Shown: positions 35,487 to 45,214, numbered from the stretch's first letter. The stretch: DNA of 52,652 nucleotides from a bacterium (GCA_021844025.1 JAKBUF010000001.1:1-52652); one strand, 5' to 3'. Notes: a model not told the origin generated them from the sequence alone. Numbers and translations are program-made.

Positions 35487-37616
35487 CTAATTATTATTCA
35501 TTGCCTTAATTGAGAGGCCAATTTTCCCTTCTTCAACTTTAATGACTTTTGCGGTTACTTGTTGATGTAATTTCAAGACATCGGTAATTTTTTCTACATA
35601 TCCATTTTTTACCTCAGAAATATGAACCATTCCATCTTTTCCTCCTCCTAAATCAACAATAGCCCCAAAATCTAATAATCGCACCACTTCTCCAGTTACT
35701 ACTTCACCTATTACAAACTCTTTTGTGAGCCCTTTCACATATTCAACGGCCGCATCAACCTTTGTGCGATCCGATCCTGCCACAAACACGCTTCCATCGT
35801 CATCTATATCAATAGTCTCTAAACCATACTCTTCAATAATACCATTGATGGTTTTTCCACCTGCGCCAATAACTAACCCGATCTGTTCTGGTTTAATTTT
35901 AATAATAGTAATCACCGGGGCAAACGGAGACAATTGTGTGCGTGGTGCGGGAATGGTACCCTGAATCACGTTTAACAAAGTTGTGCGCGCACCTTTTGCT
36001 TGTCGTACTCCTTCGGCAAATATTTCATCGGTAATTCCATCTATTTTAAGGTCCATTTGAATAGCAGTAACACCATCGGCAGTACCAGCAATTTTAAGAT
36101 CCATATCTCCATAGTGATCTTCAAATCCCTGTAGGTCAGTAAATACCTTAAACGCGCGGTCTTTGCTTTCGGTGTTGTATCCTTGGTGTGTGGCAAGTCC
36201 GAGCGCAATTCCTGCTACTGGTTTTTCAATGGGAACTCCCGCATCCATTAATGAAAGGGTTCCTGCACAGACCGATGCCATAGACGATGACCCATTTGAA
36301 GACACAATTTCTGAAACAACTCGAATAGTATAGGGAAATTCATCTTTTGCGGGAATCACTCCACGCAATGCTTTTTCTGCCAACGCACCGTGTCCAATTT
36401 CGCGCCGTCCCGGCGCTCCCACGCGTCCCACTTCTCCGGTTGAGTATGGTGGAAAATTATAGTGCACCATAAACCGACGTTTACCAGTCGTTTCCATGGT
36501 TTCTACTAATTGCTCAGACCCGGGGGCTGCGAGTGTGGTAACCGCAAGAGATTGGGTTTCACCCCGAAAGAACACCGCGGAACCATGCAATCGTTTTAGC
36601 AAACCAACCTCCGCAAACAATGGTCTAATTTCATCAACTTTTCTCCCATCGGGTCTGCGTTCCTTTTCAATAATATTTATGTGTACCACTTCATTGATAA
36701 TCTGTTCGAGAGCACGATCAATAGCGGCAGTATCTTCCACACCCAAACTGGTACCCTGTTCGTATAATTTTGTTTTTAGTTCTTGTAAATCAACATCTCG
36801 CTTATGACGATCAGTAGTATATAGTATATTTTGCAATGTATCGTATGCGAACGAACGAACCATGCTCACTATTTTAGGATCATCTTGCGTGAGTGCTACC
36901 TGAGTTTTTTCTTTACCAATCTCTTTTCTAATTGTTTCTTGAAACGCGACTAATTGGGCTATGTGTTTTTGCGCTTCGGCAAATAAAAGTTTTACTTGTT
37001 CATCGCTTACTTCGCGACCCTCTAACTCAATCATATTAATACTACCCCCCTTACCCGCAAAAAACGAATCACAGGTTCCTTTTTGTGCTAATAATTCTTG
37101 TGTTTGCGCAATGGTTGGGTTGGTGATTGTTTCGGTTTTATTATAACCAAGCCGTACTCCCGCAACTGGTCCTGCCCACGGAATATCTGATATAGAGAGC
37201 GCGAGCGAAGTGGTTAATAAAGCAATGAAATCTGGGTCATTTTGTTCATCATATGAAAGCACCGTCACCACCACCTGCACATCACGACGCAAGCGTTCAT
37301 TAAATAACGGACGGATGGTACGATCAATTAAACGCCCCGAGAGTATTCCTTCGGTAGAAGGACGCCCCTCACGACGCACAAATCGACTTCCAATAATTTT
37401 TCCTGCCGCATAAAATCGCTCTTCGTAATCCACGGTAAGCGGAAAAAAATCGATTGCTCGATCTTCTTTTCCCATTACCGTGGTAACTAATACCGTGGTA
37501 TCTCCATATTGACCCATAACTGCGGCATTTGCTTGTTGGGCTAGATCCGAAACCGTCATGGTTATGGTACGACCCGCGAATGGTAAACTAAATTCTTTTT
37601 TATTTTTTAGGTTCAT
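35487..37616 (-). CDS. pnp: Polyribonucleotide nucleotidyltransferase (PNPase)
   Basis: 709 aa with two RNase PH domains plus KH (GLVIGAGGKTI) and S1 (GEVVTGEVVRLLDFGAIVDL) domains. Confidence 0.95.
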   Translation of the reverse strand: MNLKNKKEFSLPFAGRTITMTVSDLAQQANAAVMGQYGDTTVLVTTVMGKEDRAIDFFPLTVDYEERFYAAGKIIGSRFVRREGRPSTEGILSGRLIDRTIRPLFNERLRRDVQVVVTVLSYDEQNDPDFIALLTTSLALSISDIPWAGPVAGVRLGYNKTETITNPTIAQTQELLAQKGTCDSFFAGKGGSINMIELEGREVSDEQVKLLFAEAQKHIAQLVAFQETIRKEIGKEKTQVALTQDDPKIVSMVRSFAYDTLQNILYTTDRHKRDVDLQELKTKLYEQGTSLGVEDTAAIDRALEQIINEVVHINIIEKERRPDGRKVDEIRPLFAEVGLLKRLHGSAVFFRGETQSLAVTTLAAPGSEQLVETMETTGKRRFMVHYNFPPYSTGEVGRVGAPGRREIGHGALAEKALRGVIPAKDEFPYTIRVVSEIVSSNGSSSMASVCAGTLSLMDAGVPIEKPVAGIALGLATHQGYNTESKDRAFKVFTDLQGFEDHYGDMDLKIAGTADGVTAIQMDLKIDGITDEIFAEGVRQAKGARTTLLNVIQGTIPAPRTQLSPFAPVITIIKIKPEQIGLVIGAGGKTINGIIEEYGLETIDIDDDGSVFVAGSDRTKVDAAVEYVKGLTKEFVIGEVVTGEVVRLLDFGAIVDLGGGKDGMVHISEVKNGYVEKITDVLKLHQQVTAKVIKVEEGKIGLSIKAMNNN

Positions 37617-38142
37617 ATCTTTTTCTAATATTACGATTATTACGAAGCAACATAGCGCGTTCGTTTTCTTCCAGATTAATATATAAATCTGCCACCTCTT
37701 TTAATTTTGCTGAGGTGCTTCTTCCAAATGACGCAACCTCCACATGACATCCGTTGCCCCATTTTAAATATTCAACAAGCGGCACAAAATCTCCATCACC
37801 CGTTACTAATATTACTACATCAAGCGCCTGAGACATGCGGATTGCATCAACTGCCAAACCCACATCCCAATCTGCTTTTTTACTTCCATCCACAAATATT
37901 TGTAAATCTTTTACCCGCAACTCTATTCCTGCTTTTCCTAATGCATCAAAAAACGACTGCTCACCCAGTGAAGAGTCGCTTTTTACCACGTATCCAATCG
38001 CTCGTATCAATTGTCTGCCGCCCAGCACCTGCTTTACCAGTTGCGCAAAATTTACTCGCGCTTTGTACAAATTCTTTGCGGAGTGGTATAGGTTTTGAAT
38101 ATCAATAAAAATACCAACGCGTTGGTCGCGATTATAGAGCAT
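37600..38142 (-). CDS. NYN-domain (LabA/DUF88-like) putative RNase
   Basis: VGIFIDIQNLYHSAK...VILVTGDGDFVPLVEYLK. It lies between rpsO and pnp and overlaps pnp by 17 nt. Confidence 0.7.
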   Translation of the reverse strand: MLYNRDQRVGIFIDIQNLYHSAKNLYKARVNFAQLVKQVLGGRQLIRAIGYVVKSDSSLGEQSFFDALGKAGIELRVKDLQIFVDGSKKADWDVGLAVDAIRMSQALDVVILVTGDGDFVPLVEYLKWGNGCHVEVASFGRSTSAKLKEVADLYINLEENERAMLLRNNRNIRKRYEPKK

Positions 38143-38144
38143 GA

Positions 38145-38411
38145 CTATTTTTTAAGGCCTAGTTTCTTAACGAGCTTTGCATACCCTTTTTCATTGGTAC
38201 GAGCCAAGAAATCAAGTAGTTTGCGACGTTTAGAAACCATTTTCAAAAGACCTCGGCGAGAACTGTTGTCTTTGGGATTTTTTTTCAAATGAGAGGTTAA
38301 TTCCTCAATCTCACGGGACAAAAGCCCAACCTGAACTTCCGCAGAACCGGTGTCGGTATCATGCTTTTGGGTATCTTTGATAACGTTTTGCTTTTTTCGA
38401 GTGGTTAACAT
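38145..38411 (-). CDS. rpsO: 30S ribosomal protein S15
   Basis: TGSAEVQVGLLSREIEELTSHLKKNPKDNSSRRGLLKMVSKRRKLLDFL. ATG 38411 gives 88 aa, and the longer track start overlaps the predicted -35. Confidence 0.9.
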   Translation of the reverse strand: MLTTRKKQNVIKDTQKHDTDTGSAEVQVGLLSREIEELTSHLKKNPKDNSSRRGLLKMVSKRRKLLDFLARTNEKGYAKLVKKLGLKK

Positions 38412-38419
38412 ATGGGACA

Positions 38420-38447
38420 AGTATACATTAAAAAGGCCAAAAGTCAA
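38420..38447 (-). promoter_or_regulatory. rpsO promoter TTGACT-N16-TATACT, 8 nt before the ATG
   Basis: On the minus strand TTGACT is at 38447-38442 and TATACT at 38425-38420. Confidence 0.5.
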
Positions 38448-38592
38448 AAGTTGCAGATATGCCCTGCTATATTCTATAGAGATTTAGTTTTATGTCGAGA
38501 TACTAAGGCTAACCCCCATCACCGAAGTTAAAAACTATTTAAAAATATGGACATAAACCCTTTCTGTCGCACAATAATTGTGATATGCTGTT

Positions 38593-38655
38593 TGTAAATT
38601 GTAAATTAACGCATTGAAAATTTAATGAAATTTGGTAATTGGTAATTGAAAATTA
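38593..38655. repeat. ATTGNAAATT intergenic array
   Basis: The sequence is tgtaaattgtaaattaacgcattgaaaatttaatgaaatttggtaattggtaattgaaaatt. Confidence 0.7.
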
Positions 38656-38661
38656 TTTTTT

Positions 38662-39576
38662 ATGGACATAAAAAAACTCATTCAGGACTATATTGACTAT
38701 CTAGAAGTGGAAAAAAATCGCTCCCCTAAAACCGTGGCAAATTATCGGCGGTATTTGGAAACATTTATAAAAGACCAGAGTATAAAAGACTTAAAAGACG
38801 TTACGCAACATTCAGTAAAACAATTCAGACTTTCTTTGGCGCGAAAAAAATTTGAAGGCGACAAATACCTTAAACGTAACACACAAGCATACTACAGTAT
38901 CGCGGTACGCAATTTTCTTAAATATCTCATTAAGCAAAACGTTTCAGTACACGTACTTCCCGAACAAATAGAGCTTCCCAAAATTCCTCATCGGCAAATT
39001 GAAATTATGGAATACGGCGACTTGGAGCGTTTTTTACAGGGGCCACAAGGAGATTCTCTTCGCGCATTACGTGACCGAGCAATTTTGGAGATGCTTTTTT
39101 CTACCGGGCTTCGTGTTTCAGAATTATGTTCTCTTTCTCGCTATATGGATTTTTCTCGAGGAGAACTTACCGTGCGCGGGAAGGGCTCAAAACTACGTGT
39201 GGTATTTCTATCCACCCGAGCACAAAAAGCCATACAAGCATATTTAGATAAACGCGGAGATGCCGATGAAGCATTGTTTGTGAGCCTGAGCAAAGCAAAC
39301 AATCCAAAAGTACTAGGGAGAATTATTCCCCGTGCTGTACAACGCATGGTGCAATTATATGCTCGTAAAGCGGGTATTTTAGGAAAAGTAACTCCCCACC
39401 AACTGCGTCACCAATTTGCAACAGACCTTCTTTCGAACGGGGCAGATCTTCGTTCGGTGCAAGAACTTTTGGGGCACGCAAATATTGCCACTACTCAGGT
39501 GTATACACATCTTACTAATAAACAATTGCGTGATGTACATCAAGCATTTCATGGAAAACGCCGGGCTCCAAAATAA
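38662..39576 (+). CDS. Tyrosine recombinase, XerC/XerD type
   Basis: SAM-like N-domain and catalytic residues in context (GLRVSEL, HQLRHQFATDLL, LLGHANIATTQVYTH). Confidence 0.88.
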   Translation: MDIKKLIQDYIDYLEVEKNRSPKTVANYRRYLETFIKDQSIKDLKDVTQHSVKQFRLSLARKKFEGDKYLKRNTQAYYSIAVRNFLKYLIKQNVSVHVLPEQIELPKIPHRQIEIMEYGDLERFLQGPQGDSLRALRDRAILEMLFSTGLRVSELCSLSRYMDFSRGELTVRGKGSKLRVVFLSTRAQKAIQAYLDKRGDADEALFVSLSKANNPKVLGRIIPRAVQRMVQLYARKAGILGKVTPHQLRHQFATDLLSNGADLRSVQELLGHANIATTQVYTHLTNKQLRDVHQAFHGKRRAPK

Positions 39577-39633
39577 AATTGACTTTGGAATATATACGCA
39601 TTACTCTGAATATAGAAATCTTTGGAGGTGGAT

Positions 39634-39783
39634 ATGCATAATAGCGACATAAGACTTTGTTTTACCCTACTATTGGTGGGAGTGCCCTCAACAATATTTT
39701 TTGGGATTTGTGCTATTGGAGCGTTCCTCGTAATCAGGGTTATTAATTTTTTCAGATTCATGAAGAGGCTAGTTGATCCCTAG
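39634..39783 (+). CDS. Candidate 49-aa single-TM micro-protein (below the ORF-track cutoff)
   Basis: A GGAGG lies 5 nt upstream of the ATG. The hydrophobic core is LLLVGVPSTIFFGICAIGAFLVIRVI with a basic tail, and a terminator follows at 39826. Confidence 0.4.
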   Translation: MHNSDIRLCFTLLLVGVPSTIFFGICAIGAFLVIRVINFFRFMKRLVDP

Positions 39784-39825
39784 TCTCTTTTTTTAGTCAC
39801 CGAAACCCACATATTCGCCACTAAC

Positions 39826-39855
39826 CAAAAACCACCCGATTGTAGGTGGTTTTTT
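39826..39855. terminator. Bidirectional terminator
   Basis: aaaaaccacc-cgattgta-ggtggttttt. Confidence 0.65.
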
Positions 39856-39899
39856 ATAGTAAGACTTTGTTTTTATAGCATCACACAAAAGTAATTACG

Positions 39900-41954
39900 T
39901 TACAGTAATGCCACAATTAATAGTGCCACAATCATTACTACTTTAATAAGCGGATTAATTGCCGGGCCCGCGGTATCTTTATATGGGTCTCCTACGGTAT
40001 CTCCGGTTACTGCTGCTTTATGAGCGTCTGATCCTTTCCCTCCGTGGTGCCCATCTTCAATATGTTTCTTAGCATTATCCCATGCGGCTCCACCAGAAGT
40101 CATAGAAATTGCCACAAACAATCCCGATACAATAACTCCAATTAATAACCCCCCTAATGTTTGCACTCCGATTACCGTTCCGATTTGTGGACCGGCTTCG
40201 CTAAACAACCACTGTGCCAAATATTTAAATCCAAAACCAACCACCAACACCGACACCACCGGCAACAATGCCGGCACCACCATTTCTTTTAATGCGGCTT
40301 TGGTTACAATATCAACCGCTTTGTCATATTCAGGCTGCGCGGTTCCATTCATAATTCCAGGAATTTCTTTAAACTGGCGGCGGATTTCGTGTACCAATGC
40401 TCCCGCTGCTTTTCCAACCGATTTTAATGCAATAGAACTAAATAGAAACGGCAACGATGCGCCAATCAATAACCCAACTAACACAAACGGGTTGGTAATA
40501 TCAAACAAACCCGTAAGCGCTTCAGGGTTTGGAGCTCCAAATAATTTTGCAACTTCTCCGGTGTATCCGGCAAACAGCGCTAATGCCGCTAGCCCCGCTG
40601 ATGCAATTGCGTATCCTTTCGTGACCGCCTTGGTGGTGTTTCCTACCGCATCAAGCGCGTCGGTAATTTTTCTTACTTCCTCGGGCGCTTTGGTCATTTC
40701 TGCAATTCCTCCCGCGTTATCAGTTACCGGACCAAATGAATCAATCGCCACAATAATACCTGCTACCGAAAGCATCGCGGTTGCGGCCAGCGCCACTCCA
40801 TATACTCCAAAACTCAAATATGAAACTAAAATTCCTGCCGCAATAATCAATGCGGGCAAAAAAGTTGCTTTCATTCCAACTGAAAGTCCCATAATGACGT
40901 TGGTGCCGTGCCCTGATTCTGATGATTCTGCAATGCCGCGCACTGGTTTATATTTTTTTGCGGTGTAGTAATCCGTTACAATCACCATAAGCGCGGTTAC
41001 CACTAGTCCAACTAACGTGGGCACAAACACACGCCATACCTGATCGGGGAAAAACATATCCGCCGCTACATAAAACAATGCCGCAGATACAATTAAAGCC
41101 ACCCCTAATCCTTTATATAATGCTTTCATAATTGCTTCGTGCCGATCGGTACGCACAAAAAATGTACCAATAACCGAGGCAAGTATTGCAATACCCCCTA
41201 ATACAAACGGGAATAATACTTGGTCTCCCACAATATATGAAAAGGTAGATCCCAACAAGACTGCCGCGGTTAGGGTAACTGCGTATGTTTCAAACAAGTC
41301 TGCTGCCATACCCGCGCAATCTCCTACGTTATCTCCCACGTTGTCTGCAATTACTCCGGGGTTACGCGGATCATCTTCTGGAATTCCCGCTTCAACTTTT
41401 CCAACTAAATCTGTTCCCACATCTGCTGCTTTGGTAAATATTCCTCCTCCTAAACGCGCAAAAATAGAAATTAAACTTGCGCCAAATCCAAGTCCAATCA
41501 GAGCAGTTGCATCGTGTCCACTTAATATATAAAAACCAGCTACTGCCAAAAGGCCCAACGCAACCACCAACAGTCCGGTCACCGATCCCGCTTTAAACGC
41601 AAGTGAAAGCGCGCGAAACAATCCTCTGTGCGCCGCTTGAGTAGTTTTTGAGTTTGCACGTACCGATACGTTCATACCAATATATCCCGCAAGCGCAGAA
41701 AATACCGCTCCTACTAAAAATCCAAGCGCCATTACCCACCCCAACGCCAACGCAATTATTAAAAACAGCACAAGCGCCACCACCGCGACCGTACGGTACT
41801 GACGATTCAAGTACGCCTTGGATCCTATTTGGATCGCTCTTGAAATTTTTTGCATCTCCTCATTCCCAGAAGACTGCTTGCCCAACCATCCCATCAAAAA
41901 CGCGGTGTATAAAACCGCAATTCCGATCGGGATAAAAATAATGTAATACAACAT
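39900..41954 (-). CDS. hppA: Membrane-bound proton/sodium-translocating pyrophosphatase
   Basis: 684 aa with about 16 TM helices and the signature motifs [21 protein letters not shown] and [22 protein letters not shown]. Confidence 0.95.
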   Translation of the reverse strand: MLYYIIFIPIGIAVLYTAFLMGWLGKQSSGNEEMQKISRAIQIGSKAYLNRQYRTVAVVALVLFLIIALALGWVMALGFLVGAVFSALAGYIGMNVSVRANSKTTQAAHRGLFRALSLAFKAGSVTGLLVVALGLLAVAGFYILSGHDATALIGLGFGASLISIFARLGGGIFTKAADVGTDLVGKVEAGIPEDDPRNPGVIADNVGDNVGDCAGMAADLFETYAVTLTAAVLLGSTFSYIVGDQVLFPFVLGGIAILASVIGTFFVRTDRHEAIMKALYKGLGVALIVSAALFYVAADMFFPDQVWRVFVPTLVGLVVTALMVIVTDYYTAKKYKPVRGIAESSESGHGTNVIMGLSVGMKATFLPALIIAAGILVSYLSFGVYGVALAATAMLSVAGIIVAIDSFGPVTDNAGGIAEMTKAPEEVRKITDALDAVGNTTKAVTKGYAIASAGLAALALFAGYTGEVAKLFGAPNPEALTGLFDITNPFVLVGLLIGASLPFLFSSIALKSVGKAAGALVHEIRRQFKEIPGIMNGTAQPEYDKAVDIVTKAALKEMVVPALLPVVSVLVVGFGFKYLAQWLFSEAGPQIGTVIGVQTLGGLLIGVIVSGLFVAISMTSGGAAWDNAKKHIEDGHHGGKGSDAHKAAVTGDTVGDPYKDTAGPAINPLIKVVMIVALLIVALL

Positions 41955-42084
41955 GATAGAAACTTAATTATAAACTAATTAATAATATCCAATAGTATAT
42001 CTACCAAAAGAGCGCTTGGCAAGAATCCTCGCACTAAATCCTTAGTGATGTGAATGGTGGTGGGTTACAAAAAAAATATAAAAT

Positions 42085-42140
42085 GGTTTGTATTTTTATA
42101 ATACCCCCAAGTCCTATTGTGTGTGGGCGAGGTGGGACTT
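42085..42140 (-). pseudogene. Duplicated tRNA-Leu 3' end (17 nt) plus its downstream terminator region
   Basis: ggtttgtatttttataatacccccaagtcctattgtgtgtgggcgaggtgggactt matches 42224-42279 with a few mismatches. Homology stops inside the T-arm. Confidence 0.6.
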
Positions 42141-42262
42141 CTTTTCCCCCAAATTATTTCAACGCTCACTTCGTAAGCAGGAAATAATTTTCCTCCAAAG
42201 CCTGGGTTTATAAAAACGCAAAGCAGTTTGCGTTTTTATAATACCCTTCAAGTCCCAATTTG

Positions 42263-42344
42263 TGGGCGAGGTGGGACTTGAACCCACACCCCTTGCGGAA
42301 CAGCGCCCTAAACGCTGCGTGTCTGCCAATTTCACCACTCGCCC
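42263..42344 (-). tRNA. tRNA-Leu (anticodon UAG)
   Basis: Hand-folded cloverleaf: acceptor GGGCGAG/CTCGCCC, anticodon arm CAGCG-TTTAGGG-CGCTG, long variable arm, T-arm GTGGG-TTCAAGT-CCCAC, discriminator A. No CCA is encoded. Confidence 0.9.
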
Positions 42345-42380
42345 AATAATATAATGAATATCTATTTTTCTGATTTAAGT

Positions 42381-42442
42381 CCAGTAGTGAACTTTTGATA
42401 CGAAGTTCTATTGCGAAGCAAACAAAAGTTCTACTATCTGGG
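42381..42442. repeat. TIR-hairpin repeat family copy; near-identical direct repeat of 46516-46612
   Basis: ccagtagtgaacttttgatacgaagttctattgcgaagcaaacaaaagttctactatctggg. Confidence 0.75.
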
Positions 42443-42492
42443 CTCGCCCAAAACTGAGTAAAATATATCATTTTTAGCCGTTTTTGCAACTA

Positions 42493-42522
42493 TTGACTAT
42501 AATGCACTAAGTATGCTATAAT
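42493..42522 (+). promoter_or_regulatory. Promoter TTGACT-N18-TATAAT
   Basis: TTGACT at 42493-42498 and TATAAT at 42517-42522, upstream of the 42632 operon. Confidence 0.45.
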
Positions 42523-42545
42523 ATAGACGGGTACCTTAACAATCC

Positions 42546-42601
42546 TTATTTGATTATTCTCCCGTGGCGTAGCCCTATTCCCCGAGAGAATAATCAAATA
42601 A
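42546..42601 (+). promoter_or_regulatory. Leader hairpin with 16-bp perfect stem
   Basis: ttatttgattattctc (42546-42561) pairs with gagaataatcaaataa (42586-42601). It ends 20 nt before the AGGAGG RBS. Confidence 0.55.
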
Positions 42602-42631
42602 TAATATAAAAAAATCAATTAGGAGGTTAAA

Positions 42632-44092
42632 ATGAGGTTAATTAGTGATCTTATTGAAAGATTCTTTGACTACCGTCTCAGGGTCAAACAAATGAAGGAG
42701 ACGAGAATAAAAGAGCTTGGTCTCAAGAAACTTGAGTCACAAGACTTAAGACGGAAGAGAAAATACACAGAAAAAATTCTGAGTAGACAAAAAAAAGAGT
42801 TTAAAGAACAAGCTAGAAAGAATTATTGGAAATCCTGGAGACGAAGATATCTCTGGGATCCAATGGCTCAATGTAGGGATTTTGTTCTAAGAAAGAACTA
42901 TAAGAAAGTAAAAAAACACAATCAGAGAAAAAACTTTTCTCCCCCGATTACTGTTCCTATATTGTTCTGTGTCCTTGCTACATTCCTGTTTTTTGGATAT
43001 GTGGATTTGAGTTTTATTAATATCAGCATATTCTCTATTGTGTCAGTTATTATTGCCCTTATTATATTTGTATTCTTTACATTTGAGGTAGAAATAAATC
43101 ACATAGCTCACCGAAAATGGTTTGGGGGGTTTGTGGGGAAACAGGTTGGACCTGGATTACACACGAAGCTTCCCCTTCAAGAAATCCAAGACATGGATTC
43201 TTCAATAAGTGACGAGCAACCCCTAGATCTCGGAGACTTTGTAACCCCAACTCCAGAGAACGCTACTTTCCGATATGAAAAACCAACTTTCAAATATCAA
43301 ATTTTTGATGTTAAGGAACATATGCCGAACATCAAATCGTTTCGAGATACTTTCAAAAAGATGGTAGCAGAGGCAATCCAAGGTTTTATTAACGATCCCA
43401 AGAACCCACCAAACAATTATGATGAGTTTCTGACGATCTCAAATAAGAAATTGGTAGCTAGAATTATCGCAAAATCGGAGGGAAGGGATTGGCCCAGGTA
43501 TGAGAGCGGGGAAAATAAAGGAAAATTTCTTTCCGAAGACGACATGAGAATGTTATCTAGTGGCGAATCTCTTATTACTCAAAAAGAGCAGGATCTCGCC
43601 AATGCAGACCACCTTATAAACGGAGACGGAAAGTTCTTTATTTCGGTTGGTGGTGTACATATTGTACAACTCAGCTTACTTAAACCAGTTCCGACAGGAG
43701 ACTTTAAAAAGAAGTTTGATGAGCGCATGGAACAGGAGCAGGAGAAGAAAATACAGGAAAAAGAAGCGGAGGTAGAAATTAAGAGGCGAGACAAAGAATT
43801 TGAAGAGTACAAATCTTTTCTTATGAGATACATTCCGTTGGCTCAAAAGATGGGCTGGACCGAGGCCTTTAGAGCGGTCTGTATCCTAGATCAAGAGCTC
43901 ACTAAAAGACTAGAAAGGGTTACCAAAGAATATGTGGTTAGACTAGAGGGATCTTCGGAGAAATTTATAGAAAAACTTGTTGAAAAATCTGGAGACATAT
44001 TAGATCCGAATCTAACCAAAGAAGGACTTTTAAAAATGGTTAATAACTTTCTAAATACCCCTGGGGGCGAGAGTAAGGAGGTAACGCAATGA
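42632..44092 (+). CDS. SPFH/band-7-like membrane protein with K/R-rich N-terminus and coiled-coil C-terminus
   Basis: Two TM helices followed by HRKWFGGFVGKQVGPGLHTKLPLQEIQDMD..., which resembles the start of the SPFH domain. It also has an E/K-rich coiled coil and a strong RBS. Confidence 0.5.
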   Translation: MRLISDLIERFFDYRLRVKQMKETRIKELGLKKLESQDLRRKRKYTEKILSRQKKEFKEQARKNYWKSWRRRYLWDPMAQCRDFVLRKNYKKVKKHNQRKNFSPPITVPILFCVLATFLFFGYVDLSFINISIFSIVSVIIALIIFVFFTFEVEINHIAHRKWFGGFVGKQVGPGLHTKLPLQEIQDMDSSISDEQPLDLGDFVTPTPENATFRYEKPTFKYQIFDVKEHMPNIKSFRDTFKKMVAEAIQGFINDPKNPPNNYDEFLTISNKKLVARIIAKSEGRDWPRYESGENKGKFLSEDDMRMLSSGESLITQKEQDLANADHLINGDGKFFISVGGVHIVQLSLLKPVPTGDFKKKFDERMEQEQEKKIQEKEAEVEIKRRDKEFEEYKSFLMRYIPLAQKMGWTEAFRAVCILDQELTKRLERVTKEYVVRLEGSSEKFIEKLVEKSGDILDPNLTKEGLLKMVNNFLNTPGGESKEVTQ

Positions 44093-44679
44093 AAATTCAA
44101 AAAGTTAAGAAGGGCGCAACAATCGCGTTAATACCCCTCGGAATAATTCTTGTTGTACTGATTCTGGCCGCCTTTGGGGTCTTTAAATCTAACGGGGCTA
44201 AGCATCAAGATGATTTGGGCGAACACGATCAACGTATTCAAAACCAACCCCAAACCACAAATTACTCATTGGGTGTTGGATTGTCATTCGGTGTCACTAG
44301 AAATAGTCAGTCCCCGTCTCCCCAACAATATCCTTTGGGAAGCAGAGAAAATCCGATCCACATAGAGCGAGTTGTTATCGACTATGGCGGACTGGTTTCG
44401 TTGCAGCCCTCTGATTCGGTTTGGTTTTCTATTGACCAACAACACATTGGCCAATATGGATTCCAGACTAAGTTTTCTTCTTTAGAAGGAAGGTTTGATC
44501 TTTGGAGAATTGGTGATAAGAAATATCTCACCGAAACCCCAAACAAACGAATTCCTGACAGAGAAGTCGCCGGTGTGACAAGATTTTGTCTGCACAACAC
44601 CGGATCCGGTACGGTGTTATTGTATGCTTGGTACGGACGAAAGTCCGCCCAAGACATACAGGCACTTGCCGGTATATAG
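44089..44679 (+). CDS. Single-pass membrane protein, translationally coupled to the SPFH-like gene
   Basis: ATGA overlap with the upstream gene and an N-terminal TM helix (IALIPLGIILVVLILAAFGVF). The C-terminal domain is unknown. Confidence 0.5.
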   Translation: MKIQKVKKGATIALIPLGIILVVLILAAFGVFKSNGAKHQDDLGEHDQRIQNQPQTTNYSLGVGLSFGVTRNSQSPSPQQYPLGSRENPIHIERVVIDYGGLVSLQPSDSVWFSIDQQHIGQYGFQTKFSSLEGRFDLWRIGDKKYLTETPNKRIPDREVAGVTRFCLHNTGSGTVLLYAWYGRKSAQDIQALAGI

Positions 44680-44688
44680 CACATTTTA

Positions 44689-44722
44689 AAACCCCCTCAA
44701 TACGAGGGGGTCTTTTATTTTT
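44689..44722. terminator. Bidirectional terminator
   Basis: accccctc-aatac-gagggggt followed by cttttattttt. Confidence 0.7.
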
Positions 44723-44743
44723 ATAAACTTTGAAACCCGCAAA

Positions 44744-45136
44744 TTAATAGGTTAGGTTGCTCTGCACCGTACTTTGCACAAACGCCACAATTCCGTATGA
44801 GACCAACGCAACCGCAATACCAATAATTGCATACTGCAATTCACTCTTTGCGGTTTTGGTTTTGGTGGGATCCCCTTTACTGGTAACAAAATGAAATGCC
44901 GCCAACAAAATCATAGCAACGGCCACAATAAATATAATAGTATAGAACCAGCGAATTACCGTGAGTACAATACCCAGTACTCCTCCAATTGAAGATGGAA
45001 CATTAGTTTGACCTAAATTCCCCCCAAACGTTCCTCCTTGTGGAATGGTTCCCGGGGTAACTTGTGCAAATACCGCAGGAGCAATCATGACTCCCAACGC
45101 AAGCACCATTGCAATTGATAAAAATGTTTTTTTCAT
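44744..45136 (-). CDS. T4SS pilin-like (TrbC/VirB2-like) small membrane protein, paralog 1
   Basis: Signal peptide (AVFAQ) and two TM helices flanking a short K-rich loop (WFYTIIFIVAVAMILLAAFHF..KTAKSELQYAIIGIAVALV). Confidence 0.65.
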   Translation of the reverse strand: MKKTFLSIAMVLALGVMIAPAVFAQVTPGTIPQGGTFGGNLGQTNVPSSIGGVLGIVLTVIRWFYTIIFIVAVAMILLAAFHFVTSKGDPTKTKTAKSELQYAIIGIAVALVSYGIVAFVQSTVQSNLTY

Positions 45137-45214
45137 AATTAATATTAATTTATTTATTTGTTTTAGTATATCACGCCTTATTTATAATTCAAGAATACCT
45201 GTGAATATAAGCGG

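Noticed and set aside
38662-39576. The Xer-type recombinase could be the integrase of an island at tRNA-Leu.
   Set aside because: It lies 2.7 kb away, separated by the housekeeping hppA gene. It has a typical XerC/D length and motifs, and no flanking att-like repeats were seen.
39549-39761. 70-aa minus-strand ORF overlapping the xer 3' end.
   Set aside because: It has no RBS and overlaps a conserved CDS. The plus-strand 49-aa ORF with a GGAGG RBS explains the open frame better, although neither is proven.
42208-42489. 93-aa minus-strand ORF.
   Set aside because: It reads straight through tRNA-Leu and the TIR-hairpin repeat, so it is an artefact.
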